Assembly (NCBI GenBank): GCA_013265495.1
Contig: MU061538.1
Location: 1,631,339 to 1,695,338, forward strand
DNA length: 64,000 bases
From: Vicugna vicugna
Lineage: Eukaryota
Direction of reading: 5' to 3'
The notes beneath the pieces were generated by a model. It saw only the letters and a list, made by a program, of their open reading frames with translations. It was not told the DNA's origin and did not search any database. Position 1 is the first letter of the stretch; each line of letters opens with the position of its first letter. Made by a program: the position numbers and the translations under genes. Below, piece by piece: positions 25,201 through 36,625 of this stretch.

Positions 25201-26829
25201 TGACACGTCCACTTGTGGTTTTGTCAACTTTAGCTAAACATCAGGCTTTCTCAGACAGAGCAAACCAGTAAAATATTCAACAGAAAAAGCAAATAGCGGT
25301 AATTCCTTCTCTGTTTGCCTATTTTCAAATAAAAGGCCAAACGAGAGGAGTGGCCGGCCCAAGGTAAGGCGCATTTTTCTGATTCGTATGTTCCTGTAAT
25401 TATTTGCGTAGGATTTAAACGTCTAAGGCCTAGATCCTACCAGGCTTTTTCAACGCTGTGTTGCGAGGTACAAGCATTCTGAGCCAGTTTCATATTGACG
25501 GAGGATTGTCCAGTCCCGTGGAGCCCAGTGAAAGTCAGAAGCAACTCGTGTAAGTTTGAGATCAGACTGTTAGAGGCAGACCTTAAACAGACATCTTCCC
25601 AAGAGAGACAGCGCGAGCCCACCACGTTTGCCCAGATCATTCGGGGCTTCACGTCCTACCCCCCAGGACAAAGCGGCCCCCAGGAGGTGGGCCCTGGAAC
25701 CAAGTAGAAGCAGCACTCATGTCGCAGGGATGTGAGGCGAGCTGACATCACAGCGGGGCACTGGGCTTCCTGGCAGCAGAGGCAAAAGGAGAATCTGGCC
25801 CACAGGCCTGATTTTCACCTTCTAACAGAAAGAAAACTATATATGAATTTATCTCAAGGCCAAAGGGAGAACGAAGTCCTTCTTCCTGGAGTAAACATAA
25901 GCAGGATTCTGATGAGATGTGTCGTCACAGCTGAAACAAACAGGAGAAAGACGTGCTCCTTCTTGGGCTCCTAACAGGCAGCAGCGGCAGTGCAGCTGGC
26001 AAACAGAGGAGGATGGGCCACCGCCATGGCGCCGCCTCCCTCTGCAGTGTGTGGGGGGAAGGTGCTGACACCGCCCGGGGAGCCCTGCCGCACGGGCGTC
26101 CGGCTGCGTCTTGGGGGGGTTTCTGCCCTCTCCGCCCCCTCAGCAGAGCCCTCCTCCAGCAGGAACGGCCCTGAGCTGCCCCTTGCTGATCGTCGGCCTT
26201 GGGTCCCGCTTGCCTTGGGTGTGACGCCGGGCCGGGCCGGGCCTTCCGCCGTGAGCGGGAGAAACCAGCGGGCTGAGTCGAGTCCTAAGGGGACATGTCC
26301 GGGGATTATTCTAAACACGTGCTGGACCGTGTTCTGCACGCAGGGAGGGTAAGTTTGGGGCACAAACCCAACGGGGCCTGTCTTGCCCTCAGGAGCCCAC
26401 CGTCCCCCTAGGACATCAGTCAGCAGGTCAGTGAGACAGGCTGAAATGAAGCTGGGCTCCAGGGAGTGGGGCACAGATTGGACAGGGGGCAGGAGAAAAG
26501 ACACCAGCCTGGAGACTCTGAGAGGGGGTGGGCCTGACGTGGGCGGCCCGGGGACGGGGGCCAGAGCCTGAGCTCCACAGGGCGGCCCAGGAAGGGGAGG
26601 AACCCAAAGCAAGGGGCTCAGAAGGAACACGAGCAGGAAAGCGTGTGCATCTCCACTCGGCCTGGACACGGGGCTCCGGCCAGAGGGGCCAGGCCAGAGA
26701 TGCCAGGGCTGGGGACCGAGACCACCGCCACGGAAACCGGGCTGGGGCGGTGACGGACCCGGGGAGGCACCACAGGTTTTAGAGGGATGGACTCCCTGGG
26801 ACCTGGTAATGGGGGTGAAGGTAGGGAAT

Positions 26830-26912
26830 AGGGACAGACAGACAGAGACAGAGACAGTGACAGAAACTGAGAGACACAGAGAGTCAGACAGAGAATGACA
26901 GACACGGAGAGA
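26830..26912. repeat. (GACA/GAGA)n simple repeat
   Basis: Directly visible. Confidence 0.8.
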
Positions 26913-27342
26913 AGTCCAGGAGATGGAGCTGGACGGGAAGTGCAGGGACGGAGGAGGAGAGGCTGGTTGTGAGGGGGGAGCCCAGGATGGAGGGGGAAGG
27001 GGGAATGGGGTGGGGGATGCGGCGCGGGAAAGAGAGGGAGCCGGCAGGTGAGAGTGGGGGCGAGCCGCTATGCGCTGGGGTCTGGCGCTGCTCGGCAGGG
27101 GTGGGTGGAGAAGTCGGGACAGGGCTAACTCATCTCTTAAACAGCCGCCTTAGGAAGGTGGGGTTCCTGAGGAGTGGCCATTAGGATAAAAACCTCCGAA
27201 GGAGAGGCGAGGCCACGGAGCAGAGGGCGCTGCCGCCAGAGCCAGTGAAAGCGCCTCCCGCTTCCTCAGCTGGAACCCCAAGATCTGGTCGAGCGAGGCT
27301 CATCCCTGCAAACGCTCAGGCACTGTGCTCGGCTTCGGGGTC

Positions 27343-27715
27343 TGTTAGGAGGTGAGCCGTGTCTCCTCAAGTTCGTATGCTCCAGTCCCAAGCTCCAGGA
27401 CCTCCAGATGTGACCCCTCTTGGGAACAGAGAGGCTGCAGGTGTCATTAGTTAAGGTGGGTCATTAGGGTGGCCCTGCTCCAATTTGCTCAGGTCCTGAC
27501 ACAGGGGGGAGATCTGGACACCGACACAGACGTGCAGGGAGAACGCCGGCTGTGCAAAGATCAAGACGGGCACTGACCCCCAGGGGGAGGCTGGCACGGC
27601 CCCAGGAGGAGCCGCCCTGCGGGCGGCTGGGTCGGGCTTCCAGGCTGGAGGACTGGGAGACGTCGGTCTGCCGCTGGAGCTGGTGCTTCGTGACGCGGCC
27701 CTGGGCCCACCTCAG
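27343..27715 (+). mobile_element. MLT1 (MaLR) solo LTR
   Basis: tgttaggaggtgagccgtgtctcctcaagttcgtatg...gatgtgacc...ttagttaaggtgggtcattagggtggccct. Confidence 0.75.
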
Positions 27716-30700
27716 GGTCCTGATCTCTCCTGCCCTCGTTTCAGCTGCGTCACCTTGAGGGGGGTGGCGGGAAGAGGGGCTGCCTCAGAGGTGCTGCTCC
27801 TTCTGCTGGGAGGGAGGTGACACAGGCGAGAGCCCCGGAGCGCGTGCAGACACGGTTGCCATGGAAACAGGCTCCTGGCTCCAGGAAGGGATGAGTCGTG
27901 GGTCCAAGGCCAGAACTCCGGAGGCTTCTAGGCAAAGATCCCACCTTCCTACACCGGGCAGGACTTACATTTTAAAACATTTTAGGGCCGAGACAGCTGA
28001 GTCCTTATGTAACAGCCGACTTGAGGGCGTGCAGACGGGTAAGAGGACTAAGATGAGTGCCCTCAAACAGCCGAGAGAACCAGCCTGCTCGGGAGCCTAA
28101 TTTAAGAGCAGCCACTTGTGTGGCGGCAAGTGCCTTCCAGCTACAAAATCCCTTCTGGGATGTGACTGATGCGGCCCTGCTCCCCAGGCCTCACTAGCCC
28201 GTGGGTCCAGACTCCTGAGGGCGGCTCCGAATTAAAGGCCGCGCGGCCGCACCCTCCCCTCCGAGGGAGCCAGAGCAGCAGGAGCCACGTCAGGACCACA
28301 GCGGAGGATGCAGACGACAGAGGGCGGTCTGATTGCGACCCACCCTCCAACCTTGCACAGCCCCAGGGCCCTCCACAGCCTGGAGCAAAAAACGGACAAG
28401 GAGAAGGATGGTAACTGGGTCCAAGGGCCTCCAAGAGGCTGGAGGCACAGTCGGTGCCACACAGCTGGGGTGTGTCCACTTTGTTAGTGAGGCTGGCCGT
28501 GCCTTCGCTGCCCATCAAGCAGCCCTGCACCCGCAGGCCCAGCAGCGGTGCTGAGGACACTGAGGAACAGGATGGGCCCCTCGGGTGCCCGGGTTCCTCC
28601 ACCCGGAAGCCCGTCCAACCGCTTCACAGCGCTCAGTGGTTCTGTGGTGATGCGGCCAGTGGGATGGAAGTCAGCAGTGCTGGGCCCACCGGTGTGCTGG
28701 TTCTTCGTCCAGGAAGAGAGATCGTTTCTCCTGGGTGGGCGGCCCCCCCGCCCTCCCAAGCAGGTCCAAAGGCCTTGCCCCCGACCTCTCGGCAGCCCCT
28801 CCTCTGGGGCCCCTGCCCTGCTCCCCTCGCCCAGTTTCCTTCCGGGATTCCTGCCTGACTTAGAGTCTCCCCGACTTAGCCCTCAACTGCATGCTGGCGA
28901 AGTGTTCCCAGAAGCGCCGTGAGTGGGAGGGGACGGTGTGTCTCTCCTTCAGCCCCTGGGAGCCTGGGTCAGAGCCCAGGTGTCAGGTGAACGTGTAGAG
29001 GACATCTGACGGTTCCAGCGTCTCAAACGCAACCATCACTAGGGTTGGCAGTTAGTAGAAGGAGAAGTCTGACAGAGGCAGGGTAACTGGCCTAACTCCA
29101 GCAGTGGACGGACAGGGGAGGGGCTCCTTGCAGGGCGGAATAATCCATCTTTGTTCTTCTGTGTGTTTAGACTCTTCTGAGCCAAATTCTGTGTAAATAT
29201 ACGATTTTAGTCTGGTCTTTTCATTTTGGGCTGCATGTCGAATGGATGTGTTAGCTTAGAATTTATCACCATAACATACAAAGTGCTAGAAAAAAGATGG
29301 GGGGATAGCTAAACCCAGGCTAAGAATAGAATCTAATTTATGCAAGTTGATTATACTTGTAGCAAGAGTGATAATTAGAGATATTTTGAAGGAAAAAAAA
29401 GAAGAGCTGGAGAGTGAAGATAATTGGAAGATGCCTTTCTCCTAGGCTCCTGGGTCGCCAGGAAGGGGCTCTTTAATCACATTAACAAGAAAATAATTAT
29501 TGATAGTCACAAATAACGTCTCTGCGGGCGCAGGGAAGCTCTGCGCCGCTGGAATGATCTGATCACTTTAGAGCCTTCCTGCCAACTCTGGCGTGAGTGA
29601 GCTGAGGGTCCAGGGAGCTGTTCCCCGTGTTAAATTTGTCACAGGTCATTGTGGGCAGCCCAGGAAGGAGAGACCTCGGGGGCTGGGGCCGCGGGCGTAG
29701 CGATGCTGAGCCCCTCCCCTTGCAGACCCTCAGCGGGAGCCCCGCCCCACACCTCATGGACTTCCATGGAAAGTCGGGGGATCCATGCGTGGGGTGCGTG
29801 ACGCGCAAAGTACTCCCCACGTCTGGGCGTCACCTCCAAAGCCCGCTTTTAGCCCTAAGAATACGGGCCTAGGATCACTCTCCTCCCTTCAGACTTGAAA
29901 AAGTTGGGGTTTCATTTCTTTTGCTCACAGAAGTCGGTGTGAAGGGGCTTCTCAGAGCAAGACTGTGGCAGCTGACCGTCAGTGGACCCCTTTTCTCGAG
30001 CATCCTCCAAGCCTAACATCTCGTGCCTTCCCTTCTCCTCTGCCTCAGGCTCAGCTCGGGGAGGCCCTTCCCAGCTCCACGAGCCTGGACCGGCACCCCC
30101 TGCCCTGGGACCGGAGGCCCTGGGCCCACGGGAGCACAAAAGTCCTTCTCTGTGCAAAGACCTTCGTAAAGCCAGCTTCGCAGTTGCTGCTTCTCTGGCA
30201 CAGACGCCCTGGCTCCCGGAGGGAGAGAGAGGCCAGACTTGGCAGCGAGACCTTCTCGAGATCTGGACCAATCCTCCCGGCCAGCCCCGTCCCCAAGCAG
30301 CGGGCCACCCACCTCCCTGAGCCCCACCCAGCCGGCCTCGCGCTCAAGACCCCCACAGATGCCAAGCCGCATCCCGGGCTGCTGGTGGCTCCTGCGTGTG
30401 CTCCGGGCACATGGCTGACACTTTGCTCGGAGCGCGGGCCCGGGGGACCGGTGAGCCTCTGCTGAACCAGCCCTCACCACCAGACCCGAGGGCTGGACCC
30501 TCCCTGGCTCCCGTGGCATTCCCAGGGACAGGCAAAGGCCCGGCATTCCTTCAGCGCCCAGAATGGATAAACACACTTCGGCACAGAACTAAATTCTGAT
30601 GAACCTTAAGACACAAACCACGGAAACCATTGTCAAGCAGTGTTTCAGACCACGGGATGAAACGAGGAGAAACCAGAGCGCGGTGGGAGGCGTGCCGTCG

Positions 30701-33542
30701 GCATTCACCCCGCTCCTCCTTCCGTGCTCGGAGCCGGGCTGCAAACAGGAGGCTGAAGCCCAGACTCGGAGTTCACAGTGTCCCCCTTCCCGCTCCCGAC
30801 CTCATTCCTCTGGAGGCCGGGGGACCCTGATGTGACCCAAGGGTCAGGCCATGCCCCCGAGGGTCCCAACGCTCTGGACAAGCCTGTGGTTCTCCACGAT
30901 TTAAGTAGAATTTTTTGACCACAACAGGAATGATCCTTTGAGAGAAACAAAAATGAACTTTTCAAGCCCCTTGTCCACTGTGGCTGGGACTTCACAGGTT
31001 TCACAGACCAGCCCCCACTTCCCAGAACAAACCCAAAACGGAACAAGAAAACAAACTGCAGGGAAGTCTCGTCCCAGGACCCCCGTGCAGTGCTCTCTCC
31101 ACAGCTCCCGCCTCCGCCCAGCCTGACTTTTCAAAAGGACACTTTTTACAGCTGAAATGTGCTCACTGACCCAGGCGTTCAGACATCAGAAAATGACACT
31201 GACCACGAAGAAGCTGTTGGCACTGGTTCTCCGCTAACAAGGCAAGAACACTGCGCTCCATCTGGACACTTGGGATCTTAACACTTAAAAACATTTACAG
31301 TCTGCAGAAGGGAAACTCTAAGCCGATGCCCAGAGGGAGAAGGCGGGTTCTCCTAGCGGGTCTCAGGCTGCCCTTGCATCAGTCAGTCCCGGCGGCAGTG
31401 ATGCGGCACCACCGAACCTCAGGTGCTGAAGCCACAAGAAGCGTTTGTTCAGATCTCAAGGCCACAGGTCGAGCTGATCTCGCTCATCTGCTGGGGGAGG
31501 GGCGGGGTGGGAGCCGCAGAGGAGGTTCTGGGGACCCCGGCTGGGGGCGGCTGGCTGATGGCTACCAGGGCTTCCCCGGAGGGTAGCCCTGCCCCAGTGC
31601 CTCCCCTTCAGCAGGTCCCCCACTACGGGCAGGGGGACAAGAGCACTGCAGTGGACAGTGTGAGTCACGTGACCAGGCCTGAGGGTGGGGCCCAAGGTCA
31701 CCCGAAGGATGACTGAAGGAGGGGCCGTGCACTGGGACCACTGACACTACCTAACCCCTCCCCCCACTCCTCAGCCCACCGTCCCTGCTGAATATTGCCG
31801 GGAGGTCCACACACAGACTGGCCAACAGCCGTGTGGCCCCAGGGAAGTGCGCCGCTTGCTTCTCATCCCCTCCGCATCCCTTCACGGACGCCCCCCGACC
31901 CCGCCTGAGCAGCCAGCCAGAAGTCCTCGGCCGGCCGGGGCGGCGCCTTTCATGCTTTGTCTGCGTCCCACCTCTGCCTCGTGGAGCTGGGCCGCTCACA
32001 CCCTCTTGGGGTGCCCTTCAGAGACTGGACCCCTCCTGTGGGGACTGGACCCCCCTCCGGGGACTGAGTTCCCACTGCAGGGACCGTGTGCATCCTGGGG
32101 GCACTGACTGCCTCGTGAAGCTGAGCCTGGCCAGCCGCCAGGCAGTAACTGGCCAGGGTCCTCGTCAGCACCCCCGAGGCTTCACGGCTCTGCGTGTCGC
32201 TCTCTGCATGTCGTCTTCACCGGTTTGGCGCCTACCACCCCGACCCCGCCGCGGGCAGCGCTGAGCTCAGCCCCGGGGACCAGACATTAACAAGCCACAG
32301 TCCCCACTCCCACAGCCCAGGGTCGCCCTGGGGACGCTTGACCGATTGATTAACTCTCAAAACCCACTTCCCCGTTTTCTGTGGAGGAGTCATAAATGCA
32401 CGGAACTCACTACAGATGGGCCGCATGACGGGATTCCCTGCACTGTGAGGGAAGAGCCGAGGGGACAAGCAGGCTGGGGGGGGTAGCCCCCAACCCCGTC
32501 ATCTGCTTGGGGAAGAGGTGACTTAGGGTTCTCATCAAAAAGGCCCTTAAAGGCTCAGGCTTTGGGCCACGCCAGGTTCTCTACAGTTAAGCTGTCCTTC
32601 GGAGCAAAGCTCATGAGTCAGAATCAGTCAAGGCAGCTCGGCCCGAGTCTTCCCTGTGCCCTCGCCCTCCATCCAGGGGCCCTGGAGACAGCCTCTCGCC
32701 CCATCCCAGCAGAAGTTCTTGCCACCCACAGATGTGTAAAGAGCAAGCTCACGGGCAGCGTGGCCATGATGACAGCGCACAGCCTCACTCGTCTGTAGTT
32801 CACCTCCTGCACCTGTCACGGGGCAGGTGTGCAGCCAAGAGCCGTGGTGGGGTGCAGTTCTGGGGGGCGTGGAAATACTAAACCCAGACACGCCTCGTCT
32901 GGTGCAACGACGGAGGCTCGCGTCCTCGGCCCTGAGTCGGTGACACCCAGCTGGTGCAGTCCTGTCCTCCACTGAAGAAATAAAGTGAGTTTAGAGCACA
33001 TTGGCTTTACATTTACACCTAAAAAGATGCCAAATTCCCACTCTCTTTCAAGACCCTTCTCAACTTCACTCCCCTGCCCACCAGTTACCTTTCTGAAAGT
33101 TACCTTTCTCTGTAACTCCAGCCAAGACTGAGAAGCCCCCTCCTCGGTGCCCCCAGCCCTGAGCTCATGGGGACACCTGCCCTGCGCCGCTGGCCTCCTG
33201 GATCTCTGTGCTCGCCATTTCAAGTGGTCAGTCTTGGCCACCAGCCGCAAAGCGGTACCCGGGCCAAGCGTTTGCCTCCACCAGACACGCCGAGTCCCGG
33301 TGATGAGCCCAGTCTCGGGCGTTACGGCTGGGCCTGGGGGGCCAGTTGCCTCTGCCCTGCTGCCTCCTCTTTGTAGCCACACAGATGAAGCCTGGGGGAG
33401 GGGCCAGGTAGTTCTTGGAACCCCACAGAGGACAGAGGAGGGGGTAACTCCACCCCTCCCCGACAGACGGTCCTGACCAAGTGCAGGTGACGAGGCTGTC
33501 AGGCCCGACAGGGGGTGGTGATCAAAAACGTGAAAGGATTGT

Positions 33543-33682
33543 GGGGGGAAGGTATAGCTCAGCGGTGGAGTGGGTGCTTAGCATGCACAAGGTCCTGGGT
33601 TCAATCCCCAGTGCCGCCATTAAAAAGAAAGAAAGAAATAAGCCTAATTACCTGCCCCTCCAAAAAACAACAACAAAAACAA
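33543..33682 (+). mobile_element. Vic-1-type tRNA-derived SINE (camelid)
   Basis: ggggggaaggtatagctcagcggtggagtgggtgcttagcatgcacaaggtcctgggttcaatccccagt + cctaattacc + A-rich tail. Confidence 0.85.
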
Positions 33683-35196
33683 TGTCTTAAACCATCAAAG
33701 AAAAGAACACGTATGTTACACACTCTGTGTGAACGCTCCCCAGGCCAAAGTCGGCCGATTGGAGGGTTTTACGTTGCGCTGCTTGACTCCCTTATGGTGA
33801 ATAAAGAGGAAGACTCCGGCCGGGCTCTCGGCGTTGTGTTCTGAGAACTGAAATCAAGCTCGAGCAATGGCAGCCGGCTTCTTACAAACTGTGACGTAGC
33901 CGAGGTTTTCAGGAGCGGGAGAGCGTGTGTCCGTGGGAGACCTGACCCGTCCCTGGTCCCCTTTGGAGGCTGCACTCTCCCTCGGACGACCCCGTGCTGC
34001 AACCCTTCTGGGCCTCGCCCAGCCCAGGGGCCCTCAGAGAAGCCGGGAGGTTTGGTGTGACCTGGTTCGGGTCCCAGCTCTTACACCGGCCGCGCAGTCC
34101 TTGCCCAGGACTCTGAGCTCCTCCGCGCCGCTCTTTGCGCTCGTGTGAAACAGGACACGCTGAGGGACGCGGTGCCCGGCCCAGCAAGCGCTCAGCCAAC
34201 AGGAGCAGCTGTGAGCAGGGAGGGCCGGGCCGCCTCCGCGGGACGTCTGGTTCTCACACGCTGTCGAGAAGGATTCAGAGGGTCTGGTGAACAGAATGAG
34301 TGAGGAGCCTGAGCGACTGGCTCGGCAGTGAGACCCGCTGCCTTGTGTATCTGGCTCTGGTTGTTACTTTCAGCAGTGAACGCACACAAGTATTTGTGGG
34401 GGGGCTCGACTCTCCAAGGCCACCCCCAGGACCCCGTACATCAGCTCCGCCAGCTGCGCTCGGTCCCGGGCTCCGGTCTGCGGGCAGGTGGCACATCGGG
34501 GCCGCCTGAAGAGGTCACGCGGACGTCCTGGGTCGGGGTGTCTGGGCGCGGGGTGCGGGCATCTGGACCCGTGGGACTTGGCAGGTGACCCCTACATACA
34601 GGCAGGGTGGATGCCCCGGTGCTGCCCGGGCCCAAGGAGCTCTCTTCCTCTGCAGCCCCTCAGACTCCGAGCTCCTTTCCTGGTCTCTTTTCTTCTCCAA
34701 GGAGATCGTTGTAAGTGGGCTGCAGGGTATGGAAATTCAGGAGGCAAAAAGATTGTGGGAAGGTGCTGGGACGGGGCAGGAAGAGAGACAGATTGCAGAG
34801 CAATTCCAGAGCCCTGAGGGTCCTGCTGGCCTTCCCCCTGAAACAGTGACAGCGAACAGGCTGCTCTCAGCTAAGGTCCCCCAAGACGGACACCCCCGGG
34901 TCAGTAGGCGCGAGCACCCCCTTCTCAGCCTCCCTCAGATGCACCATTTGCTTCAACGCTCGGCCTGGAGAGGAAGGCTGCACCCTCGTGCCTTAATGCG
35001 TTAAACACAGCTCAGAACCACTTTAAACAAGCAAACCTCTCTAAGAAGCTTTCAGTAAACATGAAATATCCATCTTCTGAAACAGGGACTGCAGAACTAG
35101 GCTCCTTCAGAGTAAATATAAATATTTCTCATGTAGAGGACAGAGGAGAGGTGTGAGGCCTGAAGACCGGAGGAGACAGATCTAGAGATCTAGAAC

Positions 35197-35319
35197 AGAT
35201 GGTGTGGACGGATGGATGGATGCTAGATAGGTGGATGGATGGGTGGGTGGGTGGATGGTTGGATGGATAGATAGGTGGATGGATGGGTGGATGGATAGAT
35301 GGATGGGTGGTTGGATAGA
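35197..35319. repeat. (GGAT/GGGT)n microsatellite
   Basis: Directly visible. Confidence 0.9.
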
Positions 35320-35334
35320 TTCTCCTCCATTTTC

Positions 35335-35790
35335 TTGCTAAAAGAATCCTAGTTCTTTTCAGGGCAGCATGGTACACAGAATTTTCCTAAAAATCTGCAT
35401 CCCAGTTCCCTTGAGGCTGGCATTGTCACTGTGACATCAGCACAGCCAACAAGGTAAGAGCAGGAGTAACGGGGAGTTCTGGAGAGCTTTGATTTTCCCA
35501 GTCCAGGTGGGCCCCTTTCTTCCTCGTGGCTTTCTCCTCCCCTGCCTCCTCCCCCTTCTCTACTCCTCCCTCTCCTCCTCCTCCTCCTCCTTCTTCTTCT
35601 GGAGAAAGTAGATGTGAAGGCAGGAGGTGGAGCATCCATTTTGTGGCCATGAGGCATCCCCGAGGAAGAGAGTGGTAGAAACAAGAGACTCCAAACCTGA
35701 TGCCACCACAGAACAGCTGTCCCGCCCGCAGACACCCTGGTCAGTTGAGCCACTGCTGTGGGGTCTGTGTTGCAGACCCCCAGGCACAAT
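35335..35790 (+). mobile_element. Old MLT1 (H-K type) LTR with an internal TCC repeat
   Basis: cccagttcccttgaggctggcattgtcactgtgac; ggagcatccattttgtggccatgagg; ttgagccactg. Confidence 0.55.
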
Positions 35791-36568
35791 TCCTGACTGA
35801 TACCGAAAGGGCATGGTTTCAGTCCTTGTAGAGCACACCGCCACACATGAGGTTAACTCATCTCGGGGTTTTAATACAGCTCAATGAGCACCCTGCCTAG
35901 CACTTACCGCGTGACCAAAGTGGCATGACTTCTGAGAAGGGGCTTATCCCTTGCTGATGAGATTGACGCACACGCAGTCTTTACAAGACACCCACATGAA
36001 AATAACCCAAGTGTCCCAAAAGCGTGGAGACAAAATCTTGTGAGAAATCCAGAAGGAAAGCTGATGCATGGGCTGGGATCATCTAGAAAGCCTCCCTGGA
36101 GGAGGAAAATTTGAGATGAGACATTTTAACATAAAAGGCCAATATAATTAAGATACAGCAAGTCCCACTGCGAGAGGGCACACCTGTGTTTGCTGACTCC
36201 GTGGGTGCAGTCAACTCAATTTATCCAAAATTCCAACAAACAGAAGAACCAATAAAGATTATTTGCATCTACAGCTGTAGACCTATGCATTGCTAATTGA
36301 TGTTTATTAAGACATCTTCGGGGAAACAGAAAAACCCCAAAGGACCTTATTATCCAAAGAGTCAATTACTTCCAAATTGTTTGGATGTTAAGAGTAAGTT
36401 AGTACACTGTCGATTCACATTCAGTCTGGGATTTGTGAAATAAATGAAGATGCTATGTGTCTGTTCAGTCAGTTAATTATATTCCCCATAAATTTATCCA
36501 TACAGAAAATCTGTGACTAGACAGTAATTTGCTTAAATTCAGTCTGCATATTAAATGATCATCTGCTA

Positions 36569-36622
36569 TTTTTCTCTTTGTTTTTGCTTTATTTCTTTTT
36601 TGTTTTCCTTATTTATATTCAG
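36569..36622 (+). promoter_or_regulatory. Putative 3' splice acceptor (long T-rich tract + CAG) just upstream of the EBLN start
   Basis: ~50 nt pyrimidine-rich tract ending ...tatattcAG at 36622; the N-like frame begins at 36626. Confidence 0.4.
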
Positions 36623-36625
36623 TTA

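Noticed and set aside
33543..33620. tRNA-Ala-like gene
   Set aside because: Imperfect stems plus a SINE tail and two related copies in the window; this is a SINE head.
36205..36410. Possible Tigger-type MITE upstream of the EBLN (cagtcaactcaatttatcc...)
   Set aside because: The right-hand TIR is too degenerate to call.
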